DNA of 63,038 bases, counting the filler, from Cercozoa sp. M6MM (taxonomy: Eukaryota; Protista; Endomyxa: Ascetosporea): the NCBI GenBank assembly GCA_040357565.1. It is 5 parts of 5 records of this genome, joined end to end, with 100 filler letters (N's around TTAATTAATTAA, not from the genome) between each part and the next. Parts side by side here need not be neighbours in the genome. Positions count along the whole stretch, not along the records: positions 1 to 29,468 come from JBDODJ010000135.1; 4 more parts are not named here. One strand, written 5' to 3'. Below are positions 1-16,617 of this stretch, in pieces. Below the pieces are notes generated by a model. The model was not told the origin of the DNA and ran no database searches. It worked only from the letters and a program-made list of their open reading frames with translations. Made by a program: the position numbers and the translations under genes. Each line of letters starts with the position of its first letter. Position 1 is the first letter of the stretch.

Positions 1-116
1 GTGCTGTCGAATCTCGCACTACCTCTACTAAGAGCAAAGTTCTGTTAAGCTCGAAACGGTTCATTATTATTGTGTTCACTCATTCATTCGGCCGAGCCTG
101 CACAAAGATGCATACA

Positions 117-2321
117 TCAAGGACTGGCAGTAGAGACGCCGCCAGCGTCAGCAGCGCCGACTCCGCAGCGGTCGCAAGACGAAGGAAAGCCGCGTGTCTG
201 TGCCGTGTCGCTCACCAAGTTGGTCACCGCTGTTGCGGCACCGGTGGAGGAGATATTGGCGGCTGTCAAAGCTCCCAATTGCAACAGACGATCGAAAGCC
301 AGCGCCACCTGCGCATCGGCATTATTTATTAGAAGCACGTGATGGGAGGGACTGTTGTTTTGGTAAGGTGGTGGTACCACGCCAGCTAGGTGCGGCGTCG
401 CCATCGACGTGCCCATGTACGAGTAGTACGTGTCGGCAGCTGCAGTGGTTGTGCCAGTGTTCAGTGTCGACAGGATGCCCTGCGACAGTCGGTTGGCCTC
501 GCTCGTGATCCAGCCTCCAGGTGCGGCAATGTCGACCTGCTCGACACATTAATGCATGCACACAACTCAGAGTGGGCCAAGATAAATGTACAAAGTTGCC
601 GTAGTTGGAGTAGGGTGCTCGTGTTCCACTACGCTGCAGTGCACCGACGGCCATGACGTTGGCACACCTGCAATGGCACATTCCTTATCACATCACATGC
701 AGTACATTTGGACACTGCTGATGCAGATAACAGTTGACCCTGCTGGCACGATGAGGAAGTTGTTGTTGCCAGGAGCATCGAGGTCAGCGAAACTGTACAC
801 ATGCATTTGCGCACAGTGACTTCCAGTTGTTTTTTATAGCAAAGGGAGAAGTCAAGTCACTCGTTTCCGGAGGCAGCCACGACAACGACGCCGTTGGCAG
901 TGACGTCGTTGATGGCGTTCTGAAGCAGTGTGGGACAACCCGTCGATGCGGAAACCACGCCCCCCTAAGAATATAGCAGGGCACGATTCCACCAAGAAGA
1001 AAAAATAATAGAGAAAGAAAAAAATAAAGGGTACCAGACTGAGATTGATGACGTTGGCGCGATGTGCGGCCGGCAGGGGTGGAACACCTGTCACCGAGAG
1101 ACCTCCGGCGTATCGGATGGCATCAATGATATCCGATAGGACTGTACAAGTAACAATAAGATATCACGGCATCCCTTGCTAGGGAAGAGTAGGTTGCAAT
1201 TGGTTGTACAACCAGAGCCGCAGGTGCCAAGTACACGCAGCGGGAGAATCTTGGCATTGCTGGCGACACCCATGACACCGAGAGCGTTGTTGGTCACGGC
1301 GGCTGCGATGCCGGAGACGTGAGTACCATGCCACGATGACGCCTCGCCAGTGTTGCCTGCGTGTAGGTACATCTAAGATACCCAAGACCCGCCTGCTAGC
1401 ACACACACAAACACACACAAACACACAAACACACAAACACAAACACACACACACAGTACCAGGATAGCACTCGCCGGGCACCGAGTAGTCGCCGGGATCG
1501 GTGGGATTGTCGTCGCGACCGCCCGTGCCGTCGGACTCGCACGTGGTGTCACCGACAAAGTCGTAGCCTGCGAGACTGCCGTCGCCCTTGCGCAGGTAGT
1601 TCGCCGTCAGATCCTCGTGCTCCAACACTCCCGTGTCGATGACGGCAATGTTGATGCCGCTGCCGCGAACGTTGTTGTCGTAGGCGCCGTCGGCGTTGAG
1701 ACCCGCACTGTACATTCCTCTTGCATTTACACAAAAAAAATACTGGCTTAGTTGACACATGCAACATACACTTCAGGAGTCGGGAAGGCGTCGAGATTCC
1801 CTGCACACACACAAAAACCTGTGCATCAGTTGTTCCAGTCTTCAAACGGCAACGTTTTAGTATACACTGGTCGCCACGATCCGCATCGTTCGTAGTCTGA
1901 CTTTGGAACTTACGCTGGCGGCGCACCCTCGTGCGTCGCATATTCGGCTGGAGCTGTCCCGGCATAAGTGCGAGCTGTGCAACAACATACCACTATACGA
2001 GGTAAATTTATAATATGGACAGTATGTGTACACTCATGGCAACGTCGCCAGTGGCGAACTCAATGTGCTGGTCAGCCTGCAGCATGTCGAGCACTTGCTG
2101 CTGAGCAAAGACGGACGCGCCGAAACTGCCCGAACGCTGCGTGCTCAAACTGACGCTGCCGGTGTCGGCGCGAATCAAGTCGAAGGACGCCGACTCACCG
2201 GGATCGGCATACGCACTCGCCGTCCTGAGTCGAGTGAGTGGGATGCCTTCTAGCTTTGCTTGCAGGTGCGACATCGAGCAGCTGCCCGGCTCCGAGCCTG
2301 CCAATGCGTGGTGCATGCATA

Positions 2322-2355
<34 letters not shown>

Positions 2356-3739
2356 TATGATAGTCCATGTATGCTCGTACTTGGACTCGCAGCTTCGCCC
2401 GTACACTTGACGAGGAAGCGATTGCCACTGACCAGACACGTTGCTGGTTCGCTTGGAGGAGGACTGGAGGGTGGCTGGCTGGGAGGACTGGAGGGCGGCT
2501 CACTCGGTGGGTTGGAGGGTGGCTCACTCGGTGGACTGGAGGGTGGCTCACTCGGTGGACTGGAGGGTGGCTCACTCGGTTCCGTCGGTGGGCTAGATGG
2601 TGGCCGGCTTGGAGGAACGGAAGGTGACTCGCTTGGTGGGCTAGAGGGCGGCTCACTCGGTGCACTGGGAGGTCTGGAAGGCGGTGAACTTGGGGGTCTG
2701 GAAGGCGGTGAACTTGGGGGTCTGGAAGGCGGCGAACTTGGAGGTCTGGAAGGCGGCGAACTTGGAGGTCTGGAGGGCGGCGGGCTGGGGGGTCTGGAGG
2801 GCGGCGGGCTGGGGGGTCTGGAGGGTGGCGGGCTGGGAGGTCTAGAAGGCGGTTGACTCGGCTGACTGGGTGGCGGCGAGGTTTCACTCGGAGGCCTGGG
2901 GGCATACCGTAGATACACACAGAACAGTGCAGATACTGTACGGAGCAATTGGCTGCGAAGGCGGAGGCGTGACACTGCGAGAAAGTTGCACACGGCAGTG
3001 CTTGACAAGATGAAAAGACACACTGATAGAAACTACGGGGCACTCGGCGGTTCAGTTTCAGGGATCGGTGGCGACCGCGGAGGCGTCGTGTCACTCGGCG
3101 GCCTGCACAGGGAACAACGATTTCACGAGCAAACACAGAACATGTTTAATACGGAGCCGTCGGCGGTTCGCTCGGCTGAGACGGTGGGGGCTGGACGGGA
3201 GGCGGTGACACGGGAGGTGGTTGGACAGGCGGCGGTTGGACTGGAGGCGGTTGAACAGGGGGTGGTTGAACAAGGGGCGGAGGTGAGGGTGAATCTCCGC
3301 CAGCTGTGGCTCCAACAACGCCACCGACAATTGCTCCTACAGTACTCATTCATGGGCATTCAACCCTACTCGTACTGTACAATTTTACTGTTCAGTGTAT
3401 TGAGACATCAAACAGTAAAACTCACTGTACCCACAATGAGCAGAAGACACAAAAGAGTAGCCGCGAGTATCAGCGGTTTCTTGTACGTTCGTACGCAGTT
3501 GACGTCGTCGCTGTCGCATCCAGAAGATGGCACGCCATAGCTCGGTCGAGCAAAGTGGCCCATAGCAGTGTGCTGCAGAGGAGGTGCACTCATCTGCGGA
3601 CCTCCATACTGAAGAGCAGCAGCATTGTTTCACGCACTTGCATGATGGAAAAAATGAGACCAAACTGATTCAGTTTTACCGGAGACACGCCCGAAGCGGG
3701 GGTCGGCGGTGGTGCTTGGACACCTTTAAAGCCCTGCAT
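117..3739 (-). CDS. Type II membrane-anchored subtilisin-like serine protease (S8) with Pro/Ser-rich stalk; multi-exon
   Basis: Catalytic triad motifs on separate exons: IAVIDTGV (~1620-1650), [10 protein letters not shown] (~1310-1345), [11 protein letters not shown] (~385-420). Spliced N-terminus gives [27 protein letters not shown] (TM), then PPPVQ and PPSSPPS[RE] repeats and an RFLVK prodomain start. Both ends approximate. Confidence 0.9.
2450..2880 (-). repeat. Coding tandem repeat (PPSSPPS[R/E]-type, ~21-24 bp units) forming the subtilase stalk
   Basis: Repeated ggtctggaaggcggtgaacttgg / ggactggagggtggctcactc units; the minus frame reads [16 protein letters not shown]. Confidence 0.9.
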
Positions 3740-3996
3740 GACGTCGAGTGAAAGCGAAACACAGCAACAACTGCAACGTGCAAGTGCTGTTTCGTTGCTG
3801 GAAAAACTGCACGAAAAGTGTCGCATGCACGCCAGTTCCGCCGATAGTCGGTGAGATCCTGTGACCAGCTCATTTTGCGAGCAAAACCTCAAAGATATTC
3901 TGGAATAGAGCTATGTGGCAGCCAAATATCTGCAGCAGACATTATTCATGTATGTTTAACTTCCGCCAGGAAAGGGTTGAACTGACTCGTGACCCG

Positions 3997-5333
3997 ATGC
4001 TGAAAAACCGCGCGGAAGACCCTGGACTGACCCTTTTCCTTTGCAAGCTAGCATCTTGGTTCGTGCTGGTGGCTTTAAGTCAACGCTTGACACCATCCCA
4101 GATTTTCTATAAGCCGATGGACGAGGTTCTCAAGGGTGACACGATCTTAACATACCCAGCAGCACCATCTTTGATGCCGATTTTTGAAAACAGGCGAGGC
4201 TGCCGAGGCACCGGAAATTCGCTCATTATCCGGTCCTCACAAATGCCCAGTCGATCTGGTGGATGTACGATTTTTCGGGCACCGTCGGGCGAGAAAACTG
4301 CCACCACTTGGAGAAATCTTTCGCGCACGCCGGCAACGTCGCTTTACGAAGCGCCTGAACAAGAATGTCGTTGGTGCTGATCAGTCGCGAGCCTATGTTG
4401 TGTATGAACCCTATCTACACTTGGTACTGTGATCTATGCAATAGTGAGACCTCGGCATTGCACAGGTTCCCTAGTCAAATCAAAAAAGAGCAAGAAGGAA
4501 TCGCAGTCGACCAGACAGTCGCACAGAAAGCGGCGCAAAAGAAAATTGCTGCTATGGAGCACCGAGCCCAAAAAGTCCTTTCTATTGAACCGAAACCGAA
4601 ACGTCGTCGCCCTCGTTCGATATTCTCTCGTCAGCGTCGGCGTGAAATTCGTGCTCGAGGCGGCGGCGAGCAGGAGACAGAATTTGTTCTAAGTCGCGAC
4701 AGACCGGACGAAGCGTTGGTATTGAACGTATCTTGCCTGCAGCGTGCCTGTCTATGTGCAGTTTCTGATGCAGAAAAGCGATAGTGCAGGTCGTAAAGCA
4801 ATCTACAAGCTGCGTCGTCGCTCTCACATTCTAGCGATCGAGTCTTCGACCCCCCACATCTTCAACAAAACGACACACCGAATCGAAAATGCGGCTGCGG
4901 TAAATTTATCTAAATTACCGCGGTTCTCATACTTGTCGACCTTGTTTACAAACTGCCCTGTAGTACGAGCCTGGAGTTGAGGGATATGTCATGGGAAGCA
5001 GTGGCGAGTTACATTGCGATGAAGCCGTTGCGGAAGAGGTACTCGATGCAACTGAGCACGAAGTGCTGAGTATCACTGGATTTGTATCAAGGCTGCACAC
5101 AAGAAAATTGAAAGCATGGAGCACCACGCAAGAGACTTAGTGCTCTTAGAATATGACACTTGTGACTACAAACTGATTCCCGTGACAGGTAAATTGATTG
5201 TTTGAATTTGTCGATCACATCTCCTTCTCCAAACAACAAGGCCGTATTTACAAATGTACACACGGCAAACATAGTTGGCAAGTTGTTTGGTGCACTATTC
5301 GCGGTAAGTTCGAGCCTTACTTCAAATTACTGC

Positions 5334-5381
<48 letters not shown>

Positions 5382-5391
5382 NNNNNNNNNN

Positions 5392-5439
<48 letters not shown>

Positions 5440-5982
5440 TTTACGTGAATGAAATATATAGTTCAAAGAATTATCCGACAACTACATCTCTGCCGCCCAG
5501 ATGATTAAAAGAGAAGAAGACAAAGTCTTTCTCGCGGATATTCGTGGTGTTCTAGAAGCGGACGAGTTGGCTCAGGTAAAGCATCTTGATTCTTTTATGA
5601 GATTACTGTGTTCGTTTGAAAGGCATGCAAGTTGATGGTTACGCCGCCGAGCAAACTGAAAGACAAACTCGTCGAACGCGTTGAAAAGGAGCTTCACAAA
5701 CAATGGCATACTTTCCACGCACTTGAACGTGATACATTGATGAGACAGGAAGTCACGAACCCTGAGTATCTTCCCGATACGGACGAATCCTGGAACGCGC
5801 TGGCCGAAGGCTGTCACCGGGTGCTTTGTTCTGTCCTGTATGGAGGCATGCTTTCGTGTTTGCCAGTTGCATACATTTGGCAGATGGTGACCGAGTTCGA
5901 AAGTCTCGCAGCAGATATGGAAAGCTATGACATTGCACAAGCGTGGGCGATTGCCACAGGCGAATACGATCCCGACGAGTGA
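3997..5982 (+). CDS. Hypothetical multi-exon protein (one or two genes)
   Basis: Plausible coding exons with GT-AG boundaries (e.g. 4102-4375, 4465-4730, 5632-5982 ending GEYDPDE*). No motif recognised. Confidence 0.4.
5336..5438. repeat. (TG)n microsatellite spanning a 10-N scaffold gap (5382-5391)
   Basis: Seen directly. Confidence 0.95.
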
Positions 5983-6429
5983 GCATCACTGTTGAATGGT
6001 GCATACTGCATGGAACGAATCCAGCGACCGATGTAACTTATCATGCAACGTGGACATCCCTGGGGGTGCAGTAAAAAGAACGAAATGACCAAACGTGCGG
6101 TCGACCGAATCAAATTGAATGAACCTCAGTTCTCAGTTCCTGTATCTATTGAAATGATTGGCTCACCCTGTCAAGCACGTCGAATCAAATGCATGGTTTA
6201 TTGGTTTGAAACTGAAACAAGCGAAGACGTTAAAAGTACGCTCAAAAAGTGCTTTGAATGTCTACTGTAAGTAACAACTGAAGGTAGACTAAATTTAATC
6301 AAAACGGCCAAAGAAGGTGTGTGGGTACACGACATCACATGCGTTGGAGGCCGATAACTTTTGTTTCGACCAGTCAAATCACTCAGTATCAGACGATACC
6401 GCGCTGACGCGTACCGTACATTCGAGTCT

Positions 6430-10750
<4,321 letters not shown>

Positions 10751-10995
10751 CTTCGGGTCTTCCGGCCCTCGACCTCAAATCCGCCAAAAGCCGTGGTTCA
10801 AATCCGCCTAATTATCACCGAAAGGCACTATAATGGCATTAAAGACCTCTCGGCACACCGTTGCGGCTATAATCTTTCAGTTTACAGGTCTGGAGGGCTT
10901 TTTGTGTTGGATCATTCATGTAGCCACCTCACGATAGACCTTTTTGGACAGTGTTGGCGTGTGTTGATTTAAACACGCTGCAGAATGCAGGAACG

Positions 10996-13900
10996 ATGCC
11001 CGATTTTCTGGTAGCGATGATATTGTTGGCGCGCCAAACTCATTATATCTTTATATTTTTGCAGCATGAGTTGATCTTGGGTGGGTTCAAAGGCGATCGC
11101 GATTGCTTCCGCGCGGGAGGTTCGGTCTCATTGTGGGAAAGTCTTGGCATTGAAGCACACCGATTCCCTGATGGTGTGCATCTGCATGCCAGCCAGAGAG
11201 AGCACCGAGAATGTGGTGGTCCTTCAATCCCTTCGACGCCACCGAGTGGTGTTCTGCCCTTTATCCGTCAAAAGCCTCGTCCTCGTGTGTACAAGTTCCG
11301 TCGTTCACCGACTCCGGATGTCAGCCAGCAACGAGAACTCGAGCGAGTCCGTGCGAGCGAAGAAGTGTACGAAATGCGTGTTCAAGCACTCGCCTCGCTG
11401 AAGCAACGATCTGCCGAAACCAGCACGCGCGATTCCCTCGAATCCGACGAAAGTTCGGACGAGGAAGCTGTTCAGAACGAAAGCTTTTTTGATTCGAAGC
11501 CAGCAGCGGCGCAGCAGACGAAAACTGACGTACGCGAAGCGCTTCTGAAGGTCGCTACCAACACGCGCAATCCGAAAAACCGCCAGTTGATGAAACGACT
11601 GCTGGAGGAGAGTGAACTGGGCAAGTGCAGTTGGCGTGTTCACCAGTTTCTGGAACTGTGTCTTGCTGTTCCTGACTCCTTCTACGTCGCCGAGCCTCGT
11701 CTGCAGAAGGACGAAATCTTGACTTCGACCGTCAAGCGTGTGTGTGCTGATAGCAGCAGCGACAGCAGCGGCGACACTGACTCAGAGATTTCGAGCAGCG
11801 ACAGTGACACCAATAGTGACAGTGACAGCAGCAGTTCCGATGACAACGAAGATCTGCGACAGCATGTCAAACCGATGCGACATTTGGCGACCGGATTCGG
11901 CTGCGAGGCACCTCTGAGAGCCGCCACTCATGTTTTTCTGTACTTTTGCTTTCTTTTTTCTTTTTTACTTCACCAACCGTGAGTTCTTTTGGAATTGTTC
12001 AGGAATGACGAGTCCTGGGGAAGACTGTTGCGCAAGACACTCGAAGTGTTGCATGTGCTGTCGCAAGTCGACATGTACAACTTCTTCGCCGAGCCTGTCA
12101 CGGACGAAGTTCTTCCCGACTACAGCGAGCGCATCAAAGTGCCGTGCGACTTTTCTTCAATTCGTTCGCGTGCGGTATCGCTTGTTTTCACTCTGTGTTA
12201 ATGAAGTGTATTGCACCTTGTGCATTCTTTGAATGTGCAGCAACGAAACGAGTACGCGTCCGTGCTCGACGTGGTTGCTGACATCGATCTGGTTTTTGCG
12301 TGTGCCTTCAAAATCAACGCGGACTCTCCTCTGGTGTGGCCGTACATGCTCGCTGTGCTGACGGTATGGATGCACTTGCGCGAGTCGTGGCTCCGACTGG
12401 TACCATCCAAGGCTATATCTTCGATATATATATATATATATATATATGATGTTTGTGCAGTTGCGGTTGACAGTGGAACAAGTTTACGACCTGCACCGGC
12501 AAGCACTCGCAGTGCGCATGAAGGCACTCGAAACCAGTCGAATGGATGAAAGTTTGGCTGAAGCGCTCTCTGACAGTGTGAACAATAGCCAAGCCGATGC
12601 GAACGACAGTTTGGCCGATGACGGGTTGAATGACAGTCTGGCCGACATCGATGACGACGTTGTTCTCGTCAGGCCAGCAGTCGTCGAAGAAACACACAGT
12701 GTCACCGACAGTGCCACTGACAGTGCCAACAGCGATACCAACAACGTCAAAGACAGTGTCAGCGACAGTGTCACCAACAATGTCGTTCTAGCAGACTCAA
12801 CGCCAGTGACAAAAGGCGAAACGATGAGCGACAGCACCGATCTCGTCGCCGTCAGCGACAGCGACGAATACGAAGGTTCCGTTGCAGACAGTGTAGTTGC
12901 CGAAACAAGAGACGTGGGAAACGGCGCCACCGACGCCAACACCCTTGACGAACTCGCCAACAGCACTCCCGTTGTTGAAAGCGAACCGAGCATCGAAAAC
13001 TTCAACGAAGTGATCGAAAGCGAAACCACCGAAAGAAAAGACACGAGCATCGACGTTGGTGGTGGAGTTGTTGACGGCAAGGACAGCGACAACGACAAGG
13101 ACAAGGACAGCGACAGCGACAAGGACAAGGACAGTGAAAGTGACAGTGACAGTGTGCCTCTGATCGACATTTTTACGATGGACTCACCGCAGATGGACCC
13201 GGCTTCTGCCCTTGGTACCCGTCTTCCGTGTCTTCGTGTGTGTTTAGGTCAGTACTGCCTTGATTCATTGCGTTTAATGTAGAGCGCTCTTCGAACGAAT
13301 GGAGACGCATTGGAGTGCCCAAGAAGCCTCTGCCGCCTGCGTTGAGTACGTTTACCTTTCAGCAGAAGGACGTCGGCAAGTTTCTCTGTTCCTTCGACGA
13401 GATTGACGACAACGAAAACGAGGACGCCAAGAACGTCAGCGTGGACGGCGAAGTCGACGAGAAGAAAGAGTCACGGCCCGTCTTTTCGTCGTTACCGCCG
13501 ATGCCAACGATGCCTTCAATGCCATCAATGCGTCCGATGCCTCAGATGCCTCCGATGCCTCCGATGCCTCCAATGTTGAAGCTTCACCCGCACAATTTCG
13601 AACCAAAGGTCGAAAAAGCAAGTGCTTTGGCAGTACCAACGGTCGATCTTTCGCCTTGCAAACCAACGGTAGATACAACTGATGCTTCTGTGCCCATGCT
13701 CAACCGGCCGCCGCAAGAAATGGAGGAGACTTCTACTGTGACGAAGGCGGATTTCCCGTCACAAACAGTTGAAGCAACGAGCGATCGCGACAATTCGAGT
13801 GCTCCAGTCGTTGCTTCAGGTATTTTTGACCTGTGTTTATCAGCTCGGTGGTTTGACTTGATCATCTGTGCTGTCGCAGTGCCTGTTCGCTCTGTCTCGC

Positions 13901-14628
13901 CGGGTACCCATGAATAATCTTCTGGCCAATCCCAGTGTATTTTGTTTGTTTCACAGAGCGAGCAAGTGCAGGAAAAAAACGGCGAGTTGTGCGACGCGTT
14001 CGCCGAGTGCGACGTGCGGTCCCAGAGCCTCCCAAGAAACTCGCAGTCACCGTTCTGTCGGGTGAGGCACTTCTCGCCGCTCAGGAACGAAAACGAAAAG
14101 CAGAAGAAGCGAGGCGGAAACACGAAGAAGAGCGAAGGAAACACGAAGAAGAGCGAAGGAAACAGACTGAAGAAGACCGAAGAAAACAAGCCGAAGATCA
14201 TCGAAGGAAACGAGAAGACGATCGAAGGAAACGAGAAGAGCGAAAAAAGCTGGCTGAAGGGCGACCACAACATCAACAACAGCGCCTGCCAGAACGACCT
14301 TCAGTGCCCAGAAAGGCAACTACCAGACGCGCCGACCACGGAGGACGCAATCGCGACCATCACCAAAGTCAAGACCCTTCTCGCCGCGAACGCCGTCGCC
14401 GTGGCCGCAGTCGCGACCGCAGCCGCCAACGGCGCGGCCACCATCGCAGTGACCAACGTCGTTATCACTCCGGCGGTCGACACCACCGGTAGCTTTCACC
14501 ACACATGTGCGCCCTCACTCGCTAACTTGCCTTGATTGACCGATCGCAGAAGGTCGGAATCCTCGCGCACTCGGTCGACGCGTCGACGTAGTCGCAGTCG
14601 GCCTAGTCACAGTCGCAGAAGATATTAG
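10996..14628 (+). CDS. Bromodomain-containing protein with acidic low-complexity middle and Arg/Ser-rich tail; multi-exon
   Basis: VDMYNFFAEPVTDEVLPDYSERIKVPCDFSSIRSR / NEYASVLDVVADIDLVFACAFKIN matches the bromodomain ZA-loop and helix pattern (12060-12320). RS-rich end at 14628. Start inferred. Confidence 0.8.
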
Positions 14629-14779
14629 ATTTTTCTTTGTTTCAAACTCAGGCTGTAGCCTCCGTTCTATAGTCCTGAATGTTACCGTGCCACAGCCTTC
14701 TCAGCTGTAGATCATGCTTTAACAAGAACTGTAGCCCACGCCTGTACGGTAGATATCGATGTATTCTACTGTGCGCTTA

Positions 14780-14970
14780 GATGACTACAGTCGAGCGAGT
14801 GCGGTGAGCATCCATCCATCGCACGACTTCGGTGTCTGGGGAACGTCAAAAGGGGAGTTGTATGGTCCTACCCTAAGCGGGCGGTAGACACAGCCATGCT
14901 CTTGTCACCCACCCCGGACTGGTGCAGGGGATCTACATAGTCGGCTTCCTAGAAAACTTAACTAACTAAC
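14780..14970 (+). mobile_element. Non-LTR retroelement/SINE-like repeat, copy 1 (longer copy, (AACT)n tail)
   Basis: Shares ccccggactggtgcagggg...cctagaa..ct.aactaactaac with copies at 21.6k, 23.8k and 35.1k. Upstream part (ggtgtctgggga..cgtcaaaaggg..gagttgtatggtcct) shared with the 35.1k copy. 5' limit uncertain. Confidence 0.75.
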
Positions 14971-15116
14971 CAGGCGCGCGTAGTCTACGGTACGCGTCAG
15001 TGCGCCCGAACTAAACAAACTGAAAATACAGCTCAACCAGCGCCAACGCAAAATGTCCGTTTAGACCCGGCGAGCTCGGTTTGTCGTGTTGCGTTGAATG
15101 GTACTTTGTGTCAAGT

Positions 15117-15868
15117 TTACGCCGTTTTGGCCTTTTTCTGTGCCGGTTCCTCTGTTTCTTCTGCAAGTTCAGACGCAGGAGGGTCGTTGGCATTCTCGTT
15201 GTCGTTCTTGGCGTTGCCGGGAGAGTCGTGGCTGCCGCTGGCAGTGCCGCTCGCGATGACACTGTCGAAGAAGTCGCCCTGCATGCGACGACGCTTCTTG
15301 CCGAGTCGACTGCGCCAGCGCAGACATGCGACCTTGTACTCGATGCGACTCGTGGCACAGCGATAGACCACTTGTTCCCTGCTCGCAGGGACAGAGGGAT
15401 GGTTCAGTCCAGGGACTGTAAAGAAAACTAAAGCAGGCGAACGCACTCAACAGCAGCGACCAGATCGAGCAGCTCATCCCGAGAAAGATCGAGTTCCTAC
15501 ATAGCCTCATCAGTTATACCACCAAAAATAGCCCGGCAAAGGCGCCAGGGAATACTACCGCATAGGCACTGCGAATCTGTTGTCGACTGTCGAGTCGCTG
15601 TTTCCAAAATTACAACTAAAAAAACTAAAGTCATATTCAAGAAACACACCTCTTCAACATCGACCTCACTGTGCCAGGAAACTGGGTCGCTCGACTGCTT
15701 GGAAAGCGCACAAAGATAAAGTACAGGAAGTGAGGAACTTTAAGGCAAGACGAAGAATAACGCACTGGCCTAGACAGCAGCGGCGGTCTCGGACGCGAGG
15801 TCAGCAGTGACACGCCTCCCGTGAGTGCCTGTTGCTGCTGCTGCTGCTGCTGCTGCTGTCGCTTGATC

Positions 15869-15904
<36 letters not shown>

Positions 15905-16263
15905 ACACGCTGCAACTGCTGCCGAAACTGCTGCTGTCGCTGCTGTTTCATTTTATTTAGTCATTCAAAGAAATACAAAGAAAGATCAGAGCAAAAAGTT
16001 ACTTGTGCCTGCAGGGTCATCATGTGCACCGACGACACTGACGACAGCAAGCGAGGTGGCGGCGGCATTGGGATTTCGGCCACTTCGTTCTGCTCGGCCG
16101 GAGCTTCAGCAGCAGCGGCAGCAGCAGAAGCTGCAGAATTCGAGGCGACTTTGCCAAGCACAGCTTGCTGCTGCTGCTGCTGGTCCTCCTGCTGTTGCTG
16201 CTCAAAAATCTCGGCGGCCTCCTCGGCAGCGTCGCGTGCCACCTGCGCTGAGAAGTCCGTCAT
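15117..16263 (-). CDS. Hypothetical Gln-rich protein with basic C-terminal NLS-like motifs; multi-exon
   Basis: Exons MTDFSAQVARDAAEE..., polyQ exon 15830-15950, last exon ...RLGKKRRR...PAQKKAKTA*. Confidence 0.5.
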
Positions 16264-16617
16264 ACCTGCGCACATCGGACAACATCTCTTACACACGTGA
16301 CACGTGTTTAAACCCACTCGCTCAAGTTGGCCAGTCATACCGTCCCCGCACCGAAACACGTCAAAAGAAAACGCACACGATACCAAATCGGATCCTAAGC
16401 CTCTTAGATTACGCTAACCGTGCGCGCACACTCCTACAAAGACTGCAAGCACACTGAGACACTGCGTGAAATCTCCTGTTTGGCCAAATCACGGAGTACG
16501 TTTGATCGCAACAGAATCAATACAAAGAACGAATGCGTAAAGTTCGTGTAACAATGATCCATCACTCGACTTGAGTGACCAACAACTAATCAACCGTCAG
16601 CATTGCTTATTGAGTGC

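Noticed and set aside
2260-2856. Gly-rich GGLEGG ORF on the plus strand
   Set aside because: Antisense shadow of the subtilase Pro/Ser stalk.
14645-14990. TSD around retroelement copy 1
   Set aside because: Only a gapped, weak match (caggc..gtag.ct.cg); not convincing.
15821-16300. Poly-Cys metallothionein-like ORF
   Set aside because: Antisense reading of a CAG/polyQ exon.
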